From the NCBI GenBank assembly GCA_951406725.2, contig OX597833.1, positions 70,618,001 through 70,682,000 on the forward strand: a stretch of DNA of 64,000 bases, written 5' to 3'. Under the pieces are notes generated by a model. The model was not told the origin of the DNA and made no database searches. It saw only the letters and a program-made list of their open reading frames with translations. Position numbers and translations under genes: made by a program. The DNA is from Octopus vulgaris. Its lineage: Eukaryota. The number at the start of each line of letters is the position of its first letter. Position 1 is the first letter of the stretch. Of this stretch, positions 51,181 through 64,000 are shown piece after piece.

Positions 51181-51462
51181 GGTGTGTGGCCTAGTGGTTA
51201 GCATTTTTCACTCGTGATTGCTAGATCATGGGTTCGATTCCCAGACTGGGCAGCGCATTGTGTTCTTAAGTGAACTGCTTCGTTTCGCACTGTCCCAGTC
51301 TACTCACCTGTAAATAGGTAACACTCTGATGGATTGATCTTCCGATCGGGAGGAACGTTGGTCTGCTCGCTTGGCCAGCATCATTTGAAAGCTAAAACAA
51401 TGTGAAGCACATTGTGACCAGTGATGTATAGCAACTCCTGAAAGTCTGGTCAATACCATGAT
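51181..51462 (+). mobile_element. tRNA-derived SINE related to family D
   Basis: TGGCCTAGTGGTTAG A-box, GGTTCGATTCC B-box; 3' part as at 12405-12685. Confidence 0.78.
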
Positions 51463-52345
51463 ATATATATGTGTGTGTGTGTGTATAATTCATTTTGACT
51501 GCAACTTTACGTTTCACCTGACAGCTTATTCAACCAGTTCTCTAAACTGTCAGGTGAAATTCGGTCTCGGTCGAAATAAATTTTATAATGAATTTGACTT
51601 ATTTTATTGATCCGAAAAGGATGAAAGGCAAAGTCTACCTTGGCAGAATTTGCAATCAGAATGAGAAAATAGAGAAAATGCCGCTAAACTCTTCGCCTGG
51701 TCTGCTGACCATTCTGCGAGTCTGCTGAGCCTGTCGCCTTGCGTTCTTTGAATATTGGCAATAAAATAACTTTGGTGAGTGGACAAGAAAAAGAAAGCCT
51801 TCTGTTTATTATTGACAAAGACACGAGGAAGCCAAAAGTGGAATGAGAAATTTTTGGTTTTTAGTGGAACACACCACAAATTATATACAAGCAGAAGCTT
51901 AGCGATGATGATGATGATGATGATGATGGTGGTAGTGGTGATGATGATGATGGTTGTTGTTGTTGTTTATGTATTGCAAGTAAAGATATTCCGTTTAATC
52001 ATCTTTATTCACCTTCATTATTTGTTGCTATCATTAACAACCGCCCACCCCACCCCCTACTCCCTTTCCAAATATCAAAGTAAAGTGCATTTCTCTAATC
52101 TAGTACTAAAGGCAAGTGTGTGTATTTTCTTTGGTTTCTTTTCTGTTTTTTTTTTATTTTTTTTTCTTTACTTTTATGTTTGTGTGTGTGTGTGTGTGTT
52201 TTTTAAAGATAATTCTGTTGTAAAGTACATTTTAACCAGTTCCATTTGCCGTCTTCTGTCACGTTTATTAGATTTACCAATCTGTTTCAAGGAGGAGAGT
52301 TGTGTCATTGACTTGTTACCTGCAAGCACTCTCTTAACAACTTAA

Positions 52346-52730
52346 TCATCATCATCATCATCATCGTCCGCTTTCCATGCTAGCATGGGTTGGACGATTT
52401 TGACTGAGGACTGGCGGACCAGATGGCTGCACCAGGCTCCAATCTTGATCTGGCAGAGTTTCTACAGCTGGATGCCCTTCCTAACGCCAACCACTCCAAG
52501 AGTGTAGTGGGTGCTTTTACATGCCACCGGCACAGGGCCAGTCAGGCGATGCTGGCATCGACCTCGCTCGAATCTTTTACACATGCCACCGGCACAGGTG
52601 CCAGTAAGGCGACGCTGGTAACGATCACGCTCGAATGGTGCCCTTTTATGTGTCACTGGCACAGAGGCCAGATAGCCCCTCTGGCAACGATCACGCTCGG
52701 ATGGTGCTCTTAATACCCTACTAGCACGGG
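52346..52730 (-). mobile_element. SINE-like family B with several modules
   Basis: Family motifs and (CAT)n. Confidence 0.88.
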
Positions 52731-52831
52731 GCTCGGGGATATTATAAATATCTTCTTATACCACCTTCCTGTTTAATACTATCACTGATAACAAATGATT
52801 GTTAACTAGTGTTAATATTAATTAACTCGCT

Positions 52832-53093
52832 AAGGCAGTGAACTGGCAGAATCATTAGAATGGCATGCTAAATGCTTGGCAGCATTTCTTCCTTACTCTT
52901 TACTCTTTTACTTGTTTCAGTCATTTGACTGCGGCCATGCTGGAGCACCGCCTTTAGTCAAGCAAATCGACCCCGGGACTTATTCTTTGTAAGCCCAGTA
53001 CTTATTCTGCCGGTCTCTTTTGCTGAACCGCTAAGTGATGGGGACGTAAACACACCACCATCGGTTGTCAAGCAATGCTAGGGGGACAAACAA

Positions 53094-53134
<41 letters not shown>

Positions 53135-53460
53135 CATATATACGACAGGCTTCTTTCAGTTTCCGTCTACCAAATCCACTCACAAGGCTTTGGTCGGGCC
53201 GAGGCTATAGCAGAAGACACTTGCCCAAGATGCCACGCAGTGGGACTGAACCCGGAACCATGTGGTTGGTTAGCAAGCTACTTACCACACAGCCACTCCT
53301 GCGCCTTCTTTACATTCTGAGTTCAAATTCCACTGAGGTCAGCTTCACCTTTCATCCTTTCAAGGGTCAATAGAATAAGTACCAGTTGACTATAGGGGTC
53401 AATGTAATCAACTTGATCCATATCCAGAAATTTCAGGCCTTGTGTCAAAATTTGAAATTA
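52832..53460 (+). mobile_element. SINE family C interrupted by a full-length SINE A (52892-53306, -)
   Basis: The family C head stops at about 52890 and resumes at about 53307. Confidence 0.85.
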
Positions 53461-54616
53461 ATATTAATTAATTAGCTGTTTAGTAATTCTTCTAAGTCAA
53501 TTACATCACTATTTGTCAAATGCTTATCACTTTCTTGGTGTGAAATAATGTTTATAAGCTTTAGGCATGATTGCAAGACCATATGACTCTTGAGTCTTGA
53601 TCCTCAGTCTGCCTTCCCTGAGTCCTAGTTTCCTGCATCTGACTCTCTTGGCCTGGTTCTATGAGTCTGGCTTCTTGGGCCTGATTTCTTGGATATAGCT
53701 TTGCAGATCTGACTTCATGGCTTTTGCTCCACAGACTTAACTTGCCAGGCCGAATTTCTTGGCTTCTGCTTCTCAGGTGTGGCCCCTCACACCTTTGTAA
53801 CTAATCCAGCAAGAAGTAGGCTGGACATGGCCCTTCAACTCTAGAAATTTCAATCTAGATTTTTTTTAATTTTCATATTGCACATGGACAACTATTTATT
53901 TAAGTTTTTGTGAGTATTTCTTTGTTTCCAAATTGCTCACCTTATCCCCCCACCCAGCATTCCTAATCCCTCATATGCCCCTGCATCTGGCTCAACGGTC
54001 CTAAATCTACAGTTTGCCAAATTCTAACCTGATGGGCTCTGAGGAGATACAAAATCACGATATATGCTTCTTTGAACTTGTCCTCTCACTAACTTGAGTT
54101 CAACTTAATCCTTTTCTAACCATATCATTAATATCTCGCAGTTAAGAAAACAATCAAGAATACGGAGGTGTTGAGTAAAAAATTATCAATTCTGTTGTCA
54201 TTAAATTGATGTTTGGGACATAAGTGAACAACAGGTTCTCACATAAAATTACAGTGGATGGTTTTAATTTAAATACAAACAATTTAAAACAGGCTGTTTT
54301 GAATTGTGTCTGAAAAAATTTGCTGTAAACACTTTTGTCGTGGGAAAATTTTGCCATAGGAAATGTTGCCATAAAGAAGACACACAAACAGACACTGTAA
54401 ACTAGAAAAATCATGTTAAAGAAACTGACTTTCTTTCTATGGGTCGGTTGACAGAGAAAACAGCTTTTTTTTTTCTTTTTGCAATTTTTTTTTTTAGGAT
54501 AAGTTTTCCTTTAACTGTTCTGAATTATGGAACGAAAGACAGTCTCAGGTAAATTGATATGAAAAGGGTTACAAACACACAACACAATAAGATTGAGTAT
54601 GGTTATACAGGTATAA

Positions 54617-54775
54617 AGACAGTGAACTGGCAGAATCGTTAGCACGCTGGACGAAATGCTTAGCGGTATTTCATCTGCCGTTACGTTGTGAGTTCAAATT
54701 CCGCCGAGGTCGACTTTGCCTTCCATCCTTTCGGGGTCAATAAATTAAGTACCAGTTACACACTGATCAAATGTA
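54617..54775 (+). mobile_element. SINE family C, 5' part
   Basis: Head and core match 13305-13536. Confidence 0.85.
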
Positions 54776-56169
54776 ATTGTCATTAATAGTCTTTTAGTAG
54801 ATATGACAGCTGTCAAGGGTTCACAAAAATACATTGGGCGCAACACAGGGTAACACAATGAGGGATTACGTAAATAGAAGAGTGTAAACAGTAAAAAACC
54901 ATAATCGCTCCAAAAGTGGGCGATTTGCTAGGGCTGCTCATGGAAACCCCACAAAACTATGGAAACCCTTGACCACTAGGGCCAGTGCCTGCTTTGCATT
55001 GTCTTCCTTCAATCTACAGGAGCATGCTTAGAGGAGAAGGAGGAGGAGTAATAATGGTTTGAAATTTTGACTCAGGGCCAGTAAATTTAAGGGGAGGAGG
55101 TAAGTTGATTACATCGACCCCGTCTGTTTGATTGGTCCTTTTATTTTTGCAATCCTCAGAGGAAAGGTGTAAAGTTGACGTTTGTGGAATTTGAACTTGG
55201 AACATAAAAATGCTGGGAAGCATTTTATCCAATATGCTTCGGATGGTTACTTTAGAAATTATCCATTACTGGATTTGGAACTGACCTTGGGGTAAAAGAA
55301 GAAGAAGAGTAAAGGGTAGACCTCCCCCCTTTCGTTTGTGCTGTTTAACCCTTACACCTTTCGTTTTAGACAAATCACACACACACACACCTGTCTGTTT
55401 GTCTCTGGTAGCGTGTGGCATCCTCCACATGCAATTAATGTTTGCACTGATTGTCATCCGGCGTCTATTGGCTGAGGCTAATGTTTCTCATTCTGTCTAA
55501 TTGTTCCAGTGATAATACTCTGAGGGTCCTTCACCTCAGTTTTTGTAGGTTAAAACAAATATATTTTACTCTGTGGTGGTGGTCGTGGTGGTGGTGGTGG
55601 TGATGATGATCTTTGATATAACAGCTGGTTAGTTATAAATATAATCTGGGTTGGTTGGTTCGTGGTGGTGGTGGTTTTTCTCTGATGTCACAGGTGGTTT
55701 GTTTGTCATAAAGGTAACTCTGGGAGGGGGTTAGGATGGGTCTGATGGTGGTTGTGGTGGTGGTGGTGGTGGTCTCTGATGTCCACAGACAGTTGGTCTG
55801 AGTGGGGTCAGTGTGGTGGTGGTAGTGGTGTCTGATGTCCCCGGCAGACAGTCTATCATAAACGTACTCTGGGTTGGGCCGGGTAGGTTTGGGGGGGAGG
55901 GGCTGGGTGGGGTGGGGGTTGAGCGGGGTGGCGGCGGCAGGTCTGATGTCGCACACAGACAGACAGTTTAGCTCCAGTTACATCAGAGAAACAATTAACT
56001 GTACAAAAATCAATAGCTTATTAATAGAACCTAAACAATTGTTGCCGTTGTTGTTGCTGTTTCGAATTAATCTTAAAGACCTTTCCAGAGATTAATTCCT
56101 AACTTTGTCCTCCTCCTCCTCTTCATAAGAAACAAAGAGACCAGTGATTAATTTTATCTTTGCCGCGTG

Positions 56170-56722
56170 CTTCTGTGTGTACACAGTTGTGTGTGTGTGT
56201 ATAGCTCTATGTGTGTGTACATAGCTGGGTGTGTGTGTGTGTATAGCTCTATGTGTGTGTACATAGCTGGGTGTGTGTGTGTGTATAGCTCTATGTGTGT
56301 GTACATAGCTGGGTGTGTGTGTGTGTATAGCTCTATGTGTGTGTACATAGCTGGGTGTGTGTGTGTGTTTGTGTAAGTATAGCTCTGTGTGTGTGTGTGT
56401 GTGTGTATAGCTCTATGTGTGTGTACATAGCTGGGTGTGTGTGTGTGTGTTTGTGTAAGTATAGCTCTGTGTGTGTGTGTGTGTGTGTATAGCTCTATGT
56501 GTGTGTACATAGCTGGGTGTGTGTGTGTGTTTGTGTAAGTATAGCTCTGTGTGTGTGTGTGTGTGTGTATAGCTCTATGTGTGTGTACATAGCTGGGTGT
56601 GTGTGTTTGTGTAAGTATAGCTCTGTGTGTGTGTGTGTGTGTGTATAGCTCTATGTGTGTGTACATAGCTGGGTGTGTGTGTGTGTTTTGTGTAAGTATA
56701 GCTCTGTGTGTGTGTGTGTGTG
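56170..56722. repeat. GT-derived minisatellite (unit about 34 bp, longer composite unit about 62 bp)
   Basis: Repeated GTATAGCTCTATGTGTGTGTACATAGCTGG. Confidence 0.95.
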
Positions 56723-56844
56723 TCAGTATGAGTGTATCTGTGCACATTTGCTGTGTGTGTGTGTGTGTGTGCTCAATGCTGTCTCTATACAAATGCATGT
56801 TGCCAGGGTGTTTTTGTGGGACATGCCTGGTTATTGTTTGCGTC

Positions 56845-57228
56845 GTCGTCATCATCACCATCATCATCACCATCACCATCATCATCATCGTTTAGCGTCC
56901 ATTTTCCATGCTAGCATGGGTTGGACGGTTCAACTGGGGTCTGAGAAGCCAGAAGGCTGCACCAGGCTCCAATCTGATCCGACAATGTTTCTACGGCTGG
57001 ATGCCTTTCCTAACACCAACCGCTCCGTGAGTGTAGTGGGTGCTTTTTACGTGCCACCGGCACAGGTGCCAGACGGGGCTGGCAAACGGCCACGGTCGGA
57101 TGGTGCTTTTTACGTGCCACCAACACAGAGGCCTGTCGGGGCGGTGCTGGCAACGGCCACGTTCGGATGGTTCGCTTACGTGCCACCGGCACTGGTATCA
57201 CAGCTACAACTTCCATTGATGTTGATGT
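56845..57228 (-). mobile_element. SINE-like family B, near full length
   Basis: Tail, three modules and leader. Confidence 0.88.
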
Positions 57229-58350
57229 GTCTGGTAAATAAGTGTGTCCCTGGTAAGCGTATGTTGTGCAGAGCTGGATAAACCGTTAACCCTTTTGGTG
57301 CCAACCCACCTTGGACCACCCTTGCTCCTATAATACAAACTTCCTGTTTTAAAGTGACCTGTATTATAACCTCCCATCAAAATTTCATGTTAATTTATGT
57401 TCTAAACACGCAATGACAAAGTTGTTTTACTAAATTCTTTCATTGGCTAAAAGAATATTCAGTGAAACCTAGTAACCAGTTGATCTAGCAAGTGGGGCCT
57501 CATTTCAGGAAGAGAGGTGCACAATGATGCTGTCGAGAGGAAGGTCCCGAAATGACATGAGTTTTCTCCTAATGACCCCATAAGCTTACTAACATCCAGT
57601 ATGCGGAGGATTCAGCTGATAGCGCTTGCGTCCACAAGTTGTTTGCAAAAAAATTTCGTTATTTTCAAAATTGAAACAAAGGTAGGGCATTTCAACAGAA
57701 AATTGATAACAAAAAAAAGGTTAAGCAAAATAGGCCCCTTATTAGAGCACCAAGAGAAGTGTGGGGGGAGGGCATTACTGTATCAGTGGGTTTGGCATAA
57801 CACAAATTTCTAACTTGTAATTATACATGAGTAGATTTGGTAGATGGAAACTGAAAGAAGTATATATATGTATATATACATATGTCTTCTTTCTTTTTTT
57901 CAGTCATTAGACTGTGGCCATGCTGGGGCACTGCCTTGCAGAATTTTTAGTCAAAGGAATAAACTTTTTTTTTTTAAAGCCTGGTACTGATTCTATTGGT
58001 CTCTTTTGTCAAGCCATGAAGTTATTGGGGCGAAAACACGCCAAAGCTGGTTGTCAAATGGTGGTGGGGGACAAACACACACACACACACACACACACGT
58101 ATGATGGGCTTCTTTCAGTTTCTGTCACCAAATCCATTCACAAGGCTTTGGTTGACCCAAGACTATAGTAGAAGACCCTTGCCTAAGGTGCTACTCAGTG
58201 GGATTGAACCTGGGACCATGTGGCTGCGAAGCAAGCTTCTCAGCACACAGCCATGCCTGTGTACACATGCATGCACGTGTGTATGTATGTGTGTGTGTGT
58301 GTGCATGATGACTGTAAAGGAGCATCACTGTCATACGAGTGGGGTTGTTC

Positions 58351-58747
58351 TCTTTTACTCTTTTACTTGTTTCAGTCATTTGACTGCAGCCATGCTGGAG
58401 CACTGCCTTTAGTCGAGTAACTTGACCCCGGGACTTATTCTTTTGTAAGCCCAGTACTTATTCTATTGGTCTCTTTTGCCAAACTGCTAAGTAACAGGGA
58501 CATAAACACACCAGCATCGGTTGTCAAGCAATGCTAGGGGGACAAACACAGACACACAAACACACACACGCATATATATATATATATACAACGGGCTTCT
58601 TTCAGTTTCCGTCTACCAAATCCACTCACAAGGCTTTGGTCGGCCCGAGGCTATAGTAGAAGACACTTGCCCAAGGTGCCACACAGTGGGACTGAACCCG
58701 GAACCATGTGGTTGGTAAATAAGCTACTTACCACACAGCCACTCCTG
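58351..58747 (-). mobile_element. SINE family A, full length, nested in composite SINE E (about 58305-58923)
   Basis: Family match; the flanks join into a family-E 3' half; an older family A copy lies at 57893-58260. Confidence 0.88.
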
Positions 58748-59469
58748 TTCATTTCCATTCTTCCCTAAAAAAATCATGCTTGACCACATGGGAATGATAT
58801 TTGGCTTAGAAACAGCTGAGGATTGGTGACGGGAAGAGCATCCAGCCGTTGAAAATCTGCCTCATCAATTTCCGCCTGACTTATTCCAATATGGAAAAGT
58901 GAACATTAAATGATGATGATGATGGTGCGTCTGGGCTCACCCAGTTAGAAATCTGCTTCCATTTCTATGATTCTTGATTCTCGTTTCTCTCTCATAGTTT
59001 TATGCTGGAAGCGTGAAGCATGAAGCATTATGCCGAATCAATACTTGAAGCGATGTGGTGGAGCTGAAAGTCTGTCAGTTGCAGTAACCTTGTCTTTGAA
59101 AGATTCTAGATGTTATCCTCCTCCTCCAGAATAAATGGCTGTGAAATCATATGAACATGATATTATCAGAATTATCTGTAAACATGACATTTTCCTGCTC
59201 ACTGCAGCCGTTTTGGTTTTGCAGTCAGCGTTAACTCTTCTTTCTTCCTACTTCAGTTAACCCTCGTAATGCCTATTGTTAATAATTCTTGACACATCAA
59301 ATACTGTGTTCTTGGGAGGAAAGGAAGGAAAAAAAAAAAGAAAAAAGAAGAAAAACTACGAAGAATGAAAAGGTTGGACGATCTCTAACGGTTTTCTTGC
59401 ATTGAAGCAACCAGTGGTAATTGTCACTGGCAGTTGTTAGCAAGTTGTTGACATTTGAATAATTATATA

Positions 59470-59554
<85 letters not shown>

Positions 59555-61063
59555 TGTATGTGTGTCTGTGTGTGTGTATATGCATAATATACCAAGCCAC
59601 AGAGGTTTGATAGAACAAACAGGATAAATAAGAACACGTATGAAATTCTTGGCCCATGGTCCACTTTATATCTGCCAATTAAAAATAATAATTATACGTA
59701 TATATATATATATATATTAAAAATGTAAGTTGTTTTTTGGTTTTTTGCGTCAAGCACATTATTTACACTCTGATAAGCTGCAAAATACCAACCTTTTTTG
59801 TATTTTTGTATTTATTTATTTATTTATTATATTTATTTTGCATATTGATAATTTCGACATTGCAGAGTTAATTATCTTTGATGTTTGCTATCAGAGATCA
59901 ACATCTGGAGCAAATGATTATTGGCAGTTGCAGCATGTTTATGTATACATTTGTTTGTGTGTGTGTGTGTGTGTGTGTGTAACAATAAATTTGATATAAT
60001 AATGGGATCTAATTTTGGCTCAAGGCCAGTCATTTCATGGGAGCGGGTAAATCAATTAGACCAACCTCAGTGCTCAACTAGTACTTGTTTTATCGACCCC
60101 CAAATGGAGGAAAGTCTAAGTTGACCACAGCAGAATTTGAACTCAGAATCTATAGTGGGAGCAAAATACCACTAAACATTTTTGCTCACCATGCTAACAA
60201 TTCTGCCAGCTTTCCACCTTAATAATGATAATAATAATAATAATAATAATAAATGCCCTGATGCAGTACTAAGCAGTGGCTCTCATGGCTCCTGATCTTA
60301 ACTGATTGGAAGTGTTATCATGTACATTGTTTTGTCTTGGGATAAAAGATGGGCCACAGTAAATATTCTGCTCAATACCACAGATTTGCTTGTCAGTTGT
60401 TTGACCTTAACCAGTTGAGCATGTCCCTTAGTGGCTGACGATATGTGCATCTCTGATCACGAGCAGAAGTAGTGGGGGAGCATCATAGCCATGTGTTGAG
60501 AGGGATCCTTTGGGGTTTGAATAATTCACCTCTGGAAACATAGGTGTTTCATTCAACATCCTTAAACAACCCTTATTCAGGGACCTTTTGAGCGGGATGG
60601 GCTACTCGACCAGAATAAAATTATATATATATATATAAGGTAATATTCCCCCTGACCAAACATGACTGGAAATGATGGGACATCCAACATGTGATGCCAA
60701 ACAGAGGTGCATGCCCACACACAAACACGCAGTTCACTGACTTGCCGGCTCCTGTCAAACCATCCAATCCATGCCAGCATGAAAGAGGGACACAATTGCT
60801 CACGGGACCGTGCGGTAGGACTGAACCTGAAGACACATGGTTGGAAAGCAAGCCATGCTTGTGCTTATATACACACCGACATGAAATATGTATTGCCATG
60901 TAAAAAGGCACCGGTGCTGGTGCCACATAAAAAGCACCCAGTACACTCTGTAAAGTGGTTGGCGCTAGGAAGGACGTCCAGCCACAGCAACCATGCCAAC
61001 ACAGACAGTGAAACCTGGTGCTGCTCCCTAACATTGCTAACTCCTGTCAAACCATCCAACCCA

Positions 61064-61503
61064 CTAGAATCCTTCGATCACCTCTGTCTGCACTGCATCC
61101 TTCGTGTCCGATGGCATCACTTTGTCTCCAACAATTCGATGCGACACCAGTGCAAAATCACCTCCCTCCAACAAGTCATCCTAACGAGACGTCTGCGTTG
61201 GCTGGGTCAACCTGGAGAATTCATCTACGAAGCAATTGCCCCAGTTCCCCTTCAGGGTTGGTGAAAGTGATATGGTGGACAACGAAAAACCTGGCTGATG
61301 ACAGTCAAGGCTGATCTGGAACCCAACCTAGGCCCCCATGTCTACGGCGTTCGCCGCTGGAATAAGGAGTGGTTGGAGATCACGCCGGTCGTTAGCCTCA
61401 AATCGCCAGGTCTGGTCAGCGTTTGTGAGAGATGCAGCAATGAGGATGAATGAAGCCAGCTCAACCCACCCTGGGTGAATGCTGTCTCAAGATAAGACAA
61501 GAC
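61064..61503 (+). mobile_element. 3' fragment of an RTE-type LINE inserted in a family-B element (60900-61556)
   Basis: Frame LESFDHLCLHCILRVRW...RRLRWLG...GGQRKTWLMTVKADL; AAGAC-type tail; imperfect TSD ATCCAACCCA/ATCAAACTCA. Confidence 0.85.
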
Positions 61504-62054
61504 ATCAAACTCATGCCAGCATGGAAAACAGACGTTAATCGATGATGATGATGATGATATGTATCAGTGTGTGTGTGTGTTATTAATCATCATCATCATT
61601 GAATTATATCTACTCTTTGATGTTGCTATTGGTTTGAGATGGACTTTCCAAGGAAGCCCTTTTTTTTTGTTTTTGCAGCCACGTTCTCTTCCTGATGCCA
61701 AGCACTTTTGGTTCACCTTCCGCAACACACACAGCAACACGGTGCAACAAACGGTGTACCCCTATTCTAAAGACCGGGATACACTCACACCCACAAACAC
61801 GCACACACGATGTGTGGGTGTCTGCACATACATACATACATACATACATACATACATACATGTATAAACAGACACTCTGAGAAATCCTATCTCCATTTCG
61901 CGGCTGATTCTGACTTAATTTAGAGAGCTGACGAAGAAGTACACCTATTAAAAAGCAAACCCAACGCTTCCCCCCTTTGCCCCGCCCCGAGGATGCCAGT
62001 TGCATTCGGTGATTACTAATGTGATGAGACTTTTCAAATCTCCTCTCTCTCTTC

Positions 62055-62091
<37 letters not shown>

Positions 62092-62769
62092 TTACCGTTT
62101 CGCAGAATCACTTGTTTTGACTGCTGCACTTCTTTTACATTCCATTTTTTTTCTTTTTCTTTTTCTTTTTTTTTTTTCTCACTGGAATCCAGAAGAAGCC
62201 AGTCAGTTCTGTGAGAATGTTGTGGTGTGTCGCGGGTGGAGGGCATATGTAGAATGTAAAATTCAATGTAATGTTTGTAGTTCAGGTCTTATTACTTTGA
62301 GAAGCACTCGCTGCTGCTGCTGCTGCTGCTGCTGCCACTGCTGCTACTTATTTTGCCTGTTTCTTTTTCTTTTCCTTTATCCTTTTTTTCTTCTTATATA
62401 TTTACTTATTTATTTATTTATTCCTCTGTTGCCAATCTCTCTCTCAGTAATGTCTTTTCAACTACCGTTTCCATTACCGTTTTCGCTACTCTTTGTAATG
62501 TTATAACTCACCATGGGGTATATGAATTAATTATGCCTATATATATATATATAACTAGATTAGTGTGTGTATGTGTGTGTGTGTATGTATATATATATAT
62601 ATATATGTGTGTGTTTGTGTGTGTATGTATATAATTTTCCATGCTGGTGTAAATAGGATGGTTCAACAGAATTCAAAGGGTTGGAGGACCACATCTTCAA
62701 AACCCATTTTTGGTGTAGTTATGCATATATATGCATGTATATATGTATGTATACGAATGTGTGTGTGTC

Positions 62770-63012
62770 TATATATATATCAAAGAATGTATGTATATAT
62801 ATATATGTCATATCTATATATATATATCAAAGAATGTATGTATATATATATATATATATATGTCATATCTATATATATATATATCAAAGAATGTATGTAT
62901 ATATATATATGTCATATCTATATATATATATATATATATCAAAGAATGTATGTATATATATATGTCATATATATAAAAGAATGTATGTATATATATATAT
63001 GTCTATATATAT
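62770..63012. repeat. TA-rich minisatellite, about five units
   Basis: Repeated ATCAAAGAATGTATGTATATAT...GTCATATCT. Confidence 0.92.
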
Positions 63013-63014
63013 AT

Positions 63015-63128
63015 AATGTGAGGTATACTTGCCATCTCAATATGGCTAACCACTAAGGGTGAGTGTTACTGTAGCTTGTAGCCCCAGGAGTGGTTAGCCA
63101 TATTGAGATAGCTAGTATATCTCACATT
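63015..63128. repeat. Inverted repeat with 40-bp arms
   Basis: 63015-63054 versus 63089-63128, 37/40 complementary. Confidence 0.9.
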
Positions 63129-63421
63129 GTCGTGCAGTTACTGTTTACATCTCGTTCATATCATCATCATCATCATTGTTTAACATTCTCCTTCCATGCT
63201 GGCATGGGTTGAACAGTTTGCCAGGCGCTGGCCAGGCAGGAGCCTGCGCCATGCTTCTATGTCTGTTTTGCCATGGTTTCTATTGACTGGATGCCCTTCC
63301 TAACACCAACCACTCCATAGAGTGGTGGGCTGAGTGGTTTTTAGGTGGCACTCACACAGTTTACCAGACAAAGAATTTTTGAGTGGGGAGGGGGCATTGG
63401 AGGAGGTGATCTTGTGTCATG

Positions 63422-63566
63422 ATCATCATCATCATCATCGTTTAGCGTCCGCTTTCCATGCTAGTATGGGTTGGACGGTTCAACTGGGGTCTGGGAAGCC
63501 AGAAGGCTGCACCAGGCCCAGTCTGATCTGGCAATGTTTCTACGGCTGGATGCCCTTCCTAACGCC
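63422..63566 (-). mobile_element. SINE-like family B, 3' part
   Basis: Family motifs; an older copy lies at 63160-63330. Confidence 0.85.
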
Positions 63567-64000
63567 ATGATATGTATAAGAATGTGTGTACATCTGTGTG
63601 TGTGTGTTTAGCATTTACTCTAAAATGTTAGAGATTATAACTGTCTCCCTTCTTCACTTGAACGAACGTGCAGTTGTACCGATCCATAGACCATGACCAT
63701 CACTGCTCACTCTTCGGATTCCTTTGCCAGAGTTTATTCTGTTGCAGTAATTTCAACCAGGTGCAGGAATGGGTGTGTTGTTAAGATCCTATTGCAGCCA
63801 CAGAGTTCATGGTTCAAACCCACTGCACATCACCTTCAGGAAATCTACTCCAGCCCAGGGCTAAACAATTCCTTGTGAGGGAATTTGGTTTTTGGAAACT
63901 GTATTACAGCCAGTGATTGTGTGTGTTGCACACCATTTGGCAACTGGTGTTTGTTTGTTTATGTTCCTCTGACTATGCAACTCAGCAAAAAGAGACCAAC

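Noticed and set aside
51181-51250. tRNA gene candidates (also the heads at 45197, 33679, 37225)
   Set aside because: They have A/B boxes but no complete cloverleaf and run directly into SINE bodies.

Overview
AT-rich, microsatellite-dense eukaryotic DNA. The repeat families resemble those of octopus/cephalopod genomes; this is an inference from remembered SINE sequences, not a database match. I found no intact host protein-coding gene, and nearly all ORFs in the supplied track come from microsatellites or SINEs. The window contains several interspersed SINE-like families (my labels A-E), 3' fragments of RTE, CR1 and R4/Dong-type LINEs, two decayed Tc1/mariner transposons, TTAA-flanked MITEs and one MITE with an 8-bp TSD. 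Two signals stand out. (1) Penelope-type foldback elements carry minimal hammerhead ribozyme motifs of several distinct sequence types, and one of them is fused to a tRNA-like head. (2) The non-repeat islands repeatedly form stem-loops whose G-U pairs work only on the + strand, often covering candidate splice sites or microexons. This suggests the window is a highly structured intron of a very large + strand transcript. Folding was done by eye, and many element boundaries are approximate (about 10 bp).
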